The notes under the pieces: generated by a model
Databases searched by the model: none
What the model was told of the DNA's origin: nothing
What the model saw: only the letters and a program-made list of their open reading frames with translations
Program-made: the position numbers and the translations under genes
NCBI GenBank assembly: GCA_964057225.1
Contig: OZ059900.1
Coordinates: 5,146,001 to 5,210,000 of the forward strand
Length of the DNA: 64,000 nt
Reading direction: 5' to 3'
From: Auanema rhodensis
Taxonomy: Eukaryota; Animalia; Nematoda
Shown here: one piece after another, positions 27,001-36,221 of the stretch
Layout of the letters: each line of letters begins with the position of its first letter
How positions within the stretch are numbered: position 1 is the stretch's first letter

Positions 27001-27767
27001 TTTTTGGTCTGTGAGCCATTCGCATGGCTTAATCGTTGAGGAAAGCTACAACGCTGACAGATTCAATCAAGTTTAAAAAAAAAAAATTTTTTTCAATTCA
27101 GATGTTGAAACTCTTTAAAAATGTGTAACAAATGTTTTGAGAGTATCGTGAAAACAAGTTGGGAAAAAATTTTTTTTGGGACTTGGAAATTTTTTTTGGA
27201 CTGTGAGCCATTCGCATGGCTTAATCCTTGAGGAAAGCTACAGCGCTGACAGATTCAATCAAGTTTAAAAAAAAATTTTTTTTTTCAATTCAGATGTTGA
27301 AACTCTTTAAAAATGTGTAATAAATGTTTTGAGAGTATCGTGAAAACAAGTTGGAAAAAAATTTTTTTTTGGACTGTGAGTCATTCGCATGGCTTAATCC
27401 TTGAGGAAAGCTACAGCGCTGACAGATTCAATCAAGTTTAAAAAAAAATTTTTTTTTTCAATTCAGATGTTGAAACTCTTTAAAAATGTGTAATAAATGT
27501 TTTGAGAGTATCGTGAAAACAAGTTGGAAAAAAACTTTTTTTTGGACTGTGAGCCATTCGCATGGCTTAATCGTTGAGGAAAGCTACAGCGCTGACAGAT
27601 TCAATCAAGTTTAAAAAAAAATTTTTTTTTTCAATTCAGATGTTGAAACTCTTTAAAAATGTGTAATAAATGTTTTGAGAGTATCGTGAAAACAAGTTGG
27701 AAAAAAATTTTTTTGGGACTTGGAAATTTTTTTTGGTCTGTGAGCCATTCGCATGGCTTAATCCTTG
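1..27767 (+). repeat. Tandem satellite SatA, left array (~173-bp monomer plus ~192-bp variant; roughly 155 monomers)
   Basis: GCTGACAG recurs at 61, 234, 408, 580 and 772 (spacings 173, 174, 172, 192). Consensus is approximately CAAGTTGG-A7/8-T8/9-GGACTGTGAGCCATTCGCATGGCTTAATCCTTGAGGAAAGCTACAGCGCTGACAGATTCAAT-CAAGTTT-A9/10-T9/10-CAATTCAGATGTTGAAACTCTTTAAAAATGTGTAATAAATGTTTTGAGAGTATCGTGAAAA. The long variant has an extra ~19-bp GACTTGGAAATTTTTTTTG. The array ends mid-monomer at ...TAATCCTTG. Confidence 0.98.
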
Positions 27768-28062
27768 TGTCGCTTCGGCGAAGGTATTCGGTTGTCGGTA
27801 TTCCGCTGAGAATTAATAGAACAGATAGTCAGTGGTAGAATGCTTTATTAAAGAGTTAACAATTCAACAAAATATAGATCGTCTATAGTCCGTTGAGGTT
27901 TGGTTGAGGTATATCGTATTTTCCGATCCCAAAGATGAAGATATGGGAAGGCGGGCCGAAAAGTACAATCTGAAATAGACAAAGTAAAGGAAAACGATAA
28001 AAACAAAACTGAAATGGAACAAAACATAGAAAAAAAATAAAAAATAATCGCTAACCGCGACA
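27768..28062 (-). mobile_element. 3' LTR (295 bp)
   Basis: It starts with TGTCGC exactly where the satellite stops (27768) and ends with the inverted copy GCGACA (28057-28062), giving canonical TG...CA termini with a 6-bp terminal inverted repeat. It contains AATAAA on the - strand. No second LTR is present to confirm the inner boundary. Confidence 0.8.
27844..27849 (-). terminator. Putative polyadenylation signal AATAAA in the LTR
   Basis: TTTATT on the + strand, ~76 bp from the LTR 3' end and in the same sense as the env ORF. Confidence 0.55.
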
Positions 28063-28544
28063 CTGCCGCCGCAGCCAAGCCATTGGCCTTTTGCGACGTT
28101 GTCCGTCGCATAATGACCCATGATGCTTATCAGAGTTGCATTTGTAGCAGTTAGTGCTACAGGGATGCTCGTGTAGAGCCGATAAGCATCGTAAGCATAA
28201 TTTCAATTGATGAGCGCGGATTCCACGCTCCAAACAGATGAATAGATGGGACAATTGCCTGTGCGGTGACCATCAGTAGTCACTTGATCGCAAAATAGGC
28301 AAGTTTTCGTTGGTTGCGTTTGTAATCGGATCAAATTCTGATTTTCATTCAGAATTTTCATAGCTTCAGAAATGATTCTGAAGTGATTGTCCAAATACTC
28401 ACTCATGTATTGGAACTTTCGATTTAAACGATTTTCAACGAGAACAAGAGTTCGAATAGAGGTAGGAAGGTTAGAATAGGAAGGATCTTTCAATTCTTCC
28501 TCAAAAGATGGTTCATTATGAACTGTAATAGAATCAGAATCCAT
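28051..28544 (-). pseudogene. Frameshifted coiled-coil plus triple zinc-knuckle (nucleocapsid/Gag-like) accessory ORF, ~164 aa when repaired
   Basis: ORF 28203-28577 (first ATG at 28544, MDSDS...) has an amphipathic helical stretch and CLFCDQVTTDGHRTGNC. Overlapping ORF 28051-28254 has CLRCLSALHEHPC-STN-CYKCNSDKHHGSLC. Adding one T to the T3 run (+ strand AAA at 28232-28234) gives ...NCPIYSSVLERGIRAHQLKLCLRCL..., the Pao-type three-knuckle pattern. The stop lies just inside the LTR. Confidence 0.75.
28063..28072 (-). promoter_or_regulatory. Putative polypurine-tract-like plus-strand primer site
   Basis: The - strand reads GCGGCGGCAG immediately before the LTR's TGT. The position fits a PPT, but the run is G-rich rather than purely purine. 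Confidence 0.4.
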
Positions 28545-28618
28545 GACAACAAATAATTTCAAAAATGAGGATAACAATGCTTATATAGTAAGATTTTTAA
28601 GGATAGTACGGAATTAGT

Positions 28619-30508
28619 TCAATGTTTAAATCTTCTATCAAAACAAAGATTTCTAAGAATAAAGAAAAACTTGGTTGTTGTATCTATTATGATTTTAATA
28701 GTACGGAAAGCTGTGATCAAGAAAAAATAAATGGCTGGAGTACAACCTAGGTATCCCAAAAAACATATGATGATCAGAAAAACAACGCAGATTGAAAACA
28801 TCATCCAGTGTTCTTTAAAAAGTTTCAAAAAAGGAATTATGTCAGGTATTATAACTGAATTCTGATTTGAATGAATTTCATTTGGTTCATTAGTAGATGA
28901 ATTAAAATATAATTGTCCCGTTACAATTATATCAATTTTTTCATGATTACATTTAGTATGACAAACTTCATTTATAATTAAATTATCTCTTTTAATATTG
29001 ATATTTGTAATTTCATTGAAAGGTGAACATTTAATCATGAATACATCTTTTGAACACTCGATCGGTATCCATGTTTCTTTAGATGACATACAAGAAAACA
29101 ATGCAGATGCACCCTGCCTACAGGAATAACATCCGGAGAGACTGATCAATAAGGGACGACAAGGTATATCATAGGAAAATGTATTACTGTCATATAAAAG
29201 TTCAGATTCAATTGAAACTGTAGTTTCATCAGACTGAGTTCGAAAAGTTAAGGATGTATCGGGTTTATAGATTGTTTCCGTATTTGCCATATACGGAGGT
29301 AAAATATGAGAAAAATGTGTGAAATTATGTTGTGGACATATACAGCCAGCAACATCATTATTGATTTTGTTACAAGTACAATCGATAACCGTTGTACATC
29401 TTGAAAAATTGTCGGAAGTGTCTGCCTTCGAAATACATTGTACCATAAATGGAAAATGTGGTTCAACAGCAAAGATTTGATTGTTTGAAGCAACAAAATA
29501 ATAATTATGAAGTGGAGTAGGAGGTTTGTCTTGTGTATTGATCGTCATATTGAAAAAAGAGTAATTCATCTTCAAATATGGTGGAATTGTGATATTATAA
29601 ATATTTTTATCTTTAACAATATGTGTTGTAATTTCAAAAGTTGAAGATGTTGTCCAATATTCACATTTAAATACTTCAAATATGTCGTCCGAAGTAGGTA
29701 CATGTTCTAATTTGTAGAAAAGACAAGGGTTTTCCCAAAATGTCAAACAACGCCATATATGGGCTGAAGACCGGACACATTTGGACTGTGTTGGATAATT
29801 ATATGGTTCGAATTCAGAAATACGAGAGCGATGATTCATAGTTTCACAAGTTTGATCACAAGATCCCATATGAGCACATCGAAAATCAACAGTTAGTTTA
29901 GGCAAAGTGGCCTTTGTAAAAAATTTTGTGGTTTTCTTACATTCATAACTTGTATATAATTTTCGAATTTGAATATAACCAATAGAATGATTTTTAAATT
30001 TTATATCCAGGCATAAATCTTTAACTCCAGGAGAAAAAACTATTTGATCACTATATTGGTGATAACATTGAGTACGATTCAGACAATGTGTAGAAACCGA
30101 ATGAATAACGTGATGATCGGTACAAGCAGTAGCATTATTAATCAGAAATATCGTTAGTATACTGATAATTGATAATCGAGAACCTCTTTTCCAAAATGGA
30201 GGATATAATTTAGGTTCTATATGTGGAATATTCTCAGATGAAGTTGGAGGAGGTTCAATAACTCCTAATTCAATATCATTCTGTTCCGGAGTATGAGGTC
30301 TAAGTGTGATAAAAGAAGATATGTAACGAATAGTATTAGACCAGGAATTATATCGATATTGATGGAATCCTATGCGTATACAACAACAAAGGATGCCAAA
30401 TAAACAACAAAGTGGTAAGAACAATGACCACATGGCAAGATGAGGAGCACAAAAAAATTTTTTTTTCCAACTTGTTTTCACGATACTCTCAAAACATTTT
30501 TTACACAT
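28619..30508 (-). CDS. env: Phlebovirus Gc/G2-like (class II fusogen-type) retroelement envelope protein, N-terminally truncated and fused to 19 satellite-encoded codons
   Basis: Open 629-aa frame. aa 1-19 are satellite. aa ~24-48 form a hydrophobic TM segment, followed by a Pro-rich tail and a signal-like RLSIISILTIFLINNATA ahead of C129. The Cys-rich ectodomain has Gc-type motifs (FFT...RCAHMGSC...C, CLFY...P...FEVFKC..W, CxC...CxC, LSGCYSCRQGA...C) and several N-glycosylation sequons. It ends in a TM segment (WMMFSICVVFLIIICFLGYLG) and a basic tail. Recognised by motif only, with no database search. Confidence 0.85.
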   Translation of the reverse strand: MCKKCFESIVKTSWKKKFFCAPHLAMWSLFLPLCCLFGILCCCIRIGFHQYRYNSWSNTIRYISSFITLRPHTPEQNDIELGVIEPPPTSSENIPHIEPKLYPPFWKRGSRLSIISILTIFLINNATACTDHHVIHSVSTHCLNRTQCYHQYSDQIVFSPGVKDLCLDIKFKNHSIGYIQIRKLYTSYECKKTTKFFTKATLPKLTVDFRCAHMGSCDQTCETMNHRSRISEFEPYNYPTQSKCVRSSAHIWRCLTFWENPCLFYKLEHVPTSDDIFEVFKCEYWTTSSTFEITTHIVKDKNIYNITIPPYLKMNYSFFNMTINTQDKPPTPLHNYYFVASNNQIFAVEPHFPFMVQCISKADTSDNFSRCTTVIDCTCNKINNDVAGCICPQHNFTHFSHILPPYMANTETIYKPDTSLTFRTQSDETTVSIESELLYDSNTFSYDIPCRPLLISLSGCYSCRQGASALFSCMSSKETWIPIECSKDVFMIKCSPFNEITNINIKRDNLIINEVCHTKCNHEKIDIIVTGQLYFNSSTNEPNEIHSNQNSVIIPDIIPFLKLFKEHWMMFSICVVFLIIICFLGYLGCTPAIYFFLITAFRTIKIIIDTTTKFFFILRNLCFDRRFKH

Positions 30509-33500
30509 TTTTAAAAAATTTCAACATCTGAATTGAAAAAAAAATTTTTTTTTAAACTTGATTGAATCTGTCAGCGCTGTAGCTTTCCTCAAGGATTAAG
30601 CCATGCGAATGGCTCAGAGTCCAAAAAAAATTTTTTTTCCAACTTGTTTTCACGATACTCTCAAAACATTTTTTACACATTTTTAAAGAGTTTCAACATC
30701 TGAATTGAAAAAAAAAATTTTTTTTTAAACTTGATTGAATCTGTCAGCGCTGTAGCTTTCCTCAACGATTAAGCCATGCGAATGGCTCACAGTCCAAAAA
30801 AAATTTCCAAGTCCAAAAAAATTTTTTTTCCAACTTGTTTTTACGATACTCTCTAAACATTTTTTACACATTTTCAAAGAGTTTCAACATCTGAATTGAA
30901 AAAAAAAATTTTTTTTTAAACTTGATTGAATCTGTCAGCGCTGTAGCTTTCCTCAACGATTAAGCCATGCGAATGGCTCACAGTCCAAAAAAAATTTCCA
31001 AGTCCAAAAAAATTTTTTTTCCAACTTGTTTTTACGATACTCTCTAAACATTTTTTACACATTTTCAAAGAGTTTCAACATCTAAATTAAAAAAAAATTT
31101 TTTTTTAAAACTTGATTGAATCTGTCAGCGCTGTAGCTTTCCTCAAGAATTAAGCCATGCGAATGGCTCACAGTCCAAAAAAAATTTCCAAGTCCAAAAA
31201 AAATTTTTTTTCCAACTTGTTTTTACGATACTCTCAAAACATTTATTACACATTTTCAAAGAGTTTCAACATCTGAATTGAAAAAAAAATTTTTTTTTTA
31301 AACTTGATTGAATCTGTCAGCGCTGTAGCTTTCCTCAACGATTAAGCCATGCGAATGGCTCACAGACCAAAAAAAATTTTTTTTCCAACTTGTTTTCACG
31401 ATACTCTCAAAACATTTTTTACACATTTTTAAAAAAATTCAACATCTGAATTGAAAAAAAAAAATTTTTTTAAACTTGATTGAATCTGTCAGCGCTGTAG
31501 CTTTCCTCAAGAATTAAGCCATGCGAATGGCTCAGAGTCCAAAAAAAATTTCCAAGTCCAAAAAAAATTTTTTTTCCAACTTGTTTTCACGATACTCTCA
31601 AAACATTTTTTACACATTTTTAAAAAATTTCAACATCTAAATTGAAAAAAAAAATTTTTTTTAAACTTGATTGAATCTGTCAGCGCTGTAGCTTTCCTCA
31701 ACGATTAAGCCATGCGAATGGCTCACAGACCAAAAAAAATTTTTTTTCCAACTTGTTTTCACGATACTCTCAAAACATTTTTTACACATTTTTAAAAAAT
31801 TTCAACATCTGAATTGAAAAAAAAATTTTTTTTTAACTTGATTGAATCTGTCAGCGCTGTAGCTTTCCTCAAGGTTTAAGCCATGCGAATGGCTCAGAGT
31901 CCAAAAAAAATTTTTTTTCCAACTTGTTTTTACGATACTCTCAAAACATTTTTTACACATTTTTAAAAAATTTCAACATCTGAATTGAAAAAAAAATTTT
32001 TTTTTAACTTGATTGAATCTGTCAGCGCTGTAGCTTTCCTCAAGGATTAAGCCATGCGAATGGCTCACAGTCCAAAAAAAATTTCCAAGTCCAAAAAAAA
32101 TTTTTTTTCCAACTTGTTTTCACGATACTCTCAAAACATTTTTTACACATTTTTAAAAAATTTCAACATCTGAATTGAAAAAAAAATTTTTTTTTCAACT
32201 TGTTTTCACGATACTCTCAAAACATTTTTTACACATTTTTAAAAAATTTGAACATCTGAATTGAAAAAAAAATTTTTTTTTAACTTGATTGAATCTGTCA
32301 GCGCTGTAGCTTTCCTCAAGGATTAAGCCATGCGAATGGCTCACAGTCCAAAAAAAATTTCCAAGTCCAAAAAAAAATTCTTTCCCAACTTGTTTTTACG
32401 ATACTCTCAAAACATTTTTTACACATTTTTAAAGAGTTTCAACATCTGAATTGGAAAAAAAAAATTTTTTTTAAACTTGATTGAATCTGTCAGCGCTGTA
32501 GATTTCCTCAAGAATTAAGCCATGCGAATGGCTCACAGTCCAAAAAAAATTTTTTTTTCAACTTGTTTTCACGATACTCTCAAAACATTTATTACACATT
32601 TTCAAAGAGTTTCAACATCTGAATTGAAAAAAAAATTTTTTTTTTAAACTTGATTGAATCTGTCAGCGCTGTAGCTTTCCTCAAGGATTAAGCCATGCGA
32701 ATGGCTCACAGTCCAAAAAAAATTTTTTTTCCAACTTGATTGAATCTGTCAGCGCTGTAGCTTTCCTCAACGATTAAGCCATGCGAATGGCTCACAGTCC
32801 AAAAAAAATTTCCAAGTCCAAAAAAAATTTTTTTTCCAACTTGTTTTTACGATACTCTCAAAACATTTATTACACATTTTTAAAGAGTTTCAACATCTGA
32901 ATTGAAAAAAAAATTTTTTTTTAAACTTGTTTTCACGATACTCTCAAAACATTTATTACACATTTTCAAAGAGTTTCAACATCTGAATTGAAAAAAAAAT
33001 TTTTTTTTTAAACTTGATTGAATCTGTCAGCGCTGTAGCTTTCCTCAACGATTAAGCCATGCGAATGGCTCACAGTCCAAAAAAAATTTCCAAGTCCAAA
33101 AAAAATTTTTTTTCCAACTTGTTTTTACGATACTCTCAAAACATTTATTACACATTTTTAAAGAGTTTCAACATCTAGATTAAAAAAAAATTTTTTTTTT
33201 AAAACTTGATTGAATCTGTCAGCGCTGTAGCTTTCCTCAAGGATTAAGCCATGCGAATGGCTCACAGTCCAAAAAAAATTTTTTTTCCAACTTGTTTTTA
33301 CGATACTCTCAAAACATTTTTTACACATTTTTAAAGAGTTTCAACATCTGAATTGGAAAAAAAAAAATTTTTTTAAACTTGATTGAATCTGTCAGCGCTG
33401 TAGCTTTCCTCATGGATTAAGCCATGCGAATGGCTCACAGACCAAAAAAAATTTTTTTCCCAACTTGTTTTCACGATACTCTCAAAACAATTTTTACACA

Positions 33501-35859
33501 TTTTTAAAAAATTTCAACATCTGAATTGAAAAAAAAATTTTTTTTAAAACTTGATTGAATCTGTCAGCGCTGTAGCTTTCCTCAAGGATTAAGCCATGCG
33601 AATGGCTCACAGTCCAAAAAAAATTTCCAAGTCCAAAAAAAATTTTTTTTCCAACTTGTTTTTACGATACTCTATAAACATTTTTTACACATTTTTAAAG
33701 AGTTTCAACATCTGAATTGAAAAAAAATTTTTTTTTTTAAACTTGATTGAATCTGTCAGCGCTGTAGCTTTCCTCAAGGATTAAGCCATGCGAATGGCTC
33801 ACAGACCAAAAAAAATTTTTTTTCCAAGTTGTTTTTACGATACTCTCAAAACATTTATCACACATTTTTAAAGAGTTTCAACATCTGAATTGAAAAAAAA
33901 AATTTTTTTTTTTAAACTTGATTGAATCTGTCAGCGCTGTAGCTTTCCTCAAGGATTAAGCCATGCGAATGGCTCACAGACCAAAAAAAATTTTTTTTCC
34001 AACTTGTTTTCACGATACTCTCAAAACATTTTTTACACATTTTTAAAGAGTTTCAACATCTGAATTGAAAAAAAAAATTTTTTTTTAAACTTGATTGAAT
34101 CTGTCAGCGCTGTAGCTTTCCTCAAGGATTAAGCCATGCGAATGGCTCACAGACCAAAAAAAATTTCAAAGTCCAAAAAAAAAATTTTTCCAACTTGTTT
34201 TTACGATACTCTCAAAACATTTTTTACACATTTTGAAAGAGTTTCAACATCTGAATTGAAAAATTTTTTTTTTTTAAAACTTGATTGAATCTGTCAGCGC
34301 TGTAGCTTTCCTCAAGGATTAAGCCATGCGAATGGCTCACAGACCAAAAAAAATTTCCAAGTCCAAAAAAATTTTTTTTTCCAACTTGTTTTTACGATAC
34401 TCTCTAAACATTATTTACACATTTTCAAAGAGTTTCAACATCTAGATTAAAAAAAAAATTTTTTTTTAAAACTTGATTGAATCTGTCAGCGCTGTAGCTT
34501 TCCTCAACGATTAAGCCATGCGAATGGCTCAGAGTCCAAAAAAAATTTCCAAGTCGAAAAAAAATGTTTTTTCCAACTTGTTTTCACGATACTCTCAAAA
34601 CATTTATTACACATTTTTAAAGAGTTTCAACATTTGAATTGAAAAAAAATTTTTTTTTTAAAACTTGATTGAATCTGTCAGCGCTGTAGCTTTCCTCAAG
34701 GTTTAAGCCATGCGAATGGCTCACAGTCCAAAAAAAATTTCCAAGTCCAAAAAAAATTTTTTTTCCAACTTGTTTTTACGATACTCTATAAACATTTTTT
34801 ACACATTTTTAAAGAGTTTCAACATCTGAATTGAAAAAAAATTTTTTTTTTTAAACTTGATTGAATCTGTCAGCGCTGTAGCTTTCCTCAAGGATTAAGC
34901 CATGCGAATGGCTCACAGACCAAAAAAAATTTTTTTTCCAAGTTGTTTTTACGATACTCTCAAAACATTTATCACACATTTTTAAAGAGTTTCAACATCT
35001 GAATTGAAAAAAAAAATTTTTTTTTTTAAACTTGATTGAATCTGTCAGCGCTGTAGCTTTCCTCAAGGATTAAGCCATGCGAATGGCTCACAGACCAAAA
35101 AAAATTTTTTTTCCAACTTGTTTTCACGATACTCTCAAAACATTTTTTACACATTTTTAAAGAGTTTCAACATCTGAATTGAAAAAAAAAAATTTTTTTT
35201 AAACTTGATTGAATCTGTCAGCGCTGTAGCTTTCCTCAAGGATTAAGCCATGCGAATGGCTCACAGACCAAAAAAAATTTCAAAGTCCAAAAAAAAAATT
35301 TTTCCAACTTGTTTTTACGATACTCTCAAAACATTTTTTACACATTTTCAAAGAGTTTCAACATCTGAATTGAAAAATTTTTTTTTTTTAAAACTTGATT
35401 GAATCTGTCAGCGCTGTAGCTTTCCTCAAGGATTAAGCCATGCGAATGGCTCACAGACCAAAAAAAATTTCCAAGTCCAAAAAAATTTTTTTTTCCAACT
35501 TGTTTTTACGATACTCTCTAAACATTATTTACACATTTTCAAAGAGTTTCAACATCTAGATTAAAAAAAAAATTTTTTTTTAAAACTTGATTGAATCTGT
35601 CAGCGCTGTAGCTTTCCTCAACGATTAAGCCATGCGAATGGCTCAGAGTCCAAAAAAAATTTCCAAGTCGAAAAAAAATGTTTTTTCCAACTTGTTTTCA
35701 CGATACTCTCAAAACATTTATTACACATTTTTAAAGAGTTTCAACATTTGAATTGAAAAAAAATTTTTTTTTTAAAACTTGATTGAATCTGTCAGCGCTG
35801 TAGCTTTCCTCAAGGTTTAAGCCATGCGAATGGCTCACAGTCCAAAAAAAATTTCCAAG

Positions 35860-36221
35860 TCCAAAAAAATTTTTTGGAAATCAAGTTTTAAAAAAAAATT
35901 TTTTTTTTAATCAGTTTTAAAAGTTTAAAAAAAAAATTTTGAGTTACACCGAGTTACAAATCAAGATCACTTTCTTCGGATACTTAGGTGGTATAGTTAA
36001 CTGTTCACATAAAATTGGAAGTCCTGGCTACCATGCATGGCTTAATCCTTGAGGAAAGCTACAGCGCTGACAGATTCAATCAAGTTTTAAAAAAAAATTC
36101 TTTTTTTAATCTAGATGTTGAAACTCTTTGAAAATGTGTAAATAATGTTTAGAGAGTATCGTAAAAACAAGTTGGAAAAAAAAATTTTTTTGGACTTGGA
36201 AATTTTTTTTGGTCTGTGAGC
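35860..36221 (+). repeat. Composite junction cassette copy 1: scrambled patch, inverted 92-bp SatB fragment (35947-36038) and ~1 SatA monomer in + orientation
   Basis: CACCGAGTTACAAATCAAGATCACTTTCTTCGGATACTTAGGTGGTATAGTTAACTGTTCACATAAAATTGGAAGTCCTGGCTACCATGCAT is the reverse complement of the SatB sequence starting at 62185. Orientation returns to - at GGTCTGTGAGC/GCTGTAGC. Confidence 0.93.

Larger units (their letters stand above)
27768..30449 (-). mobile_element. 5'-truncated BEL/Pao (Cer-like) env-carrying LTR retroelement fragment
   Basis: This is the only non-satellite block. On the - strand the order is Gc-like env, then a Pao-type zinc-knuckle ORF, a PPT-like G-rich run and an LTR ending in CA. 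There is no gag-pol, 5' LTR or second target-site copy. Phlebovirus-like env genes are established for nematode BEL/Pao Cer elements. Confidence 0.88.

Noticed and set aside
1-27767. CRISPR-like regular repeats with palindromes
   Set aside because: There are no unique spacers, the entire 173-bp unit repeats, and there are no cas genes; the context is eukaryotic.
27848-28121. Hydrophobic 87-aa and 85-aa ORFs
   Set aside because: They are translations of the T-rich LTR strand. The Phe-rich, TM-like look is a composition artefact, and they overlap the better-supported zinc-knuckle frame.
29248-29496. 82-aa ORF inside env
   Set aside because: It is an alternative-frame overlap of the env ORF with no recognisable motif.
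30194-30253. PPPT and LYPPF in the env cytosolic tail as ESCRT late domains
   Set aside because: Neither matches PPxY, PT/SAP or YPxL exactly, so this is too weak to claim.
27768-30449. Endogenous phlebovirus (bunyavirus M segment) insertion
   Set aside because: The adjoining Pao-type zinc knuckles, PPT-like run and TG...CA LTR indicate a retroelement-borne env rather than a direct RNA-virus integration.
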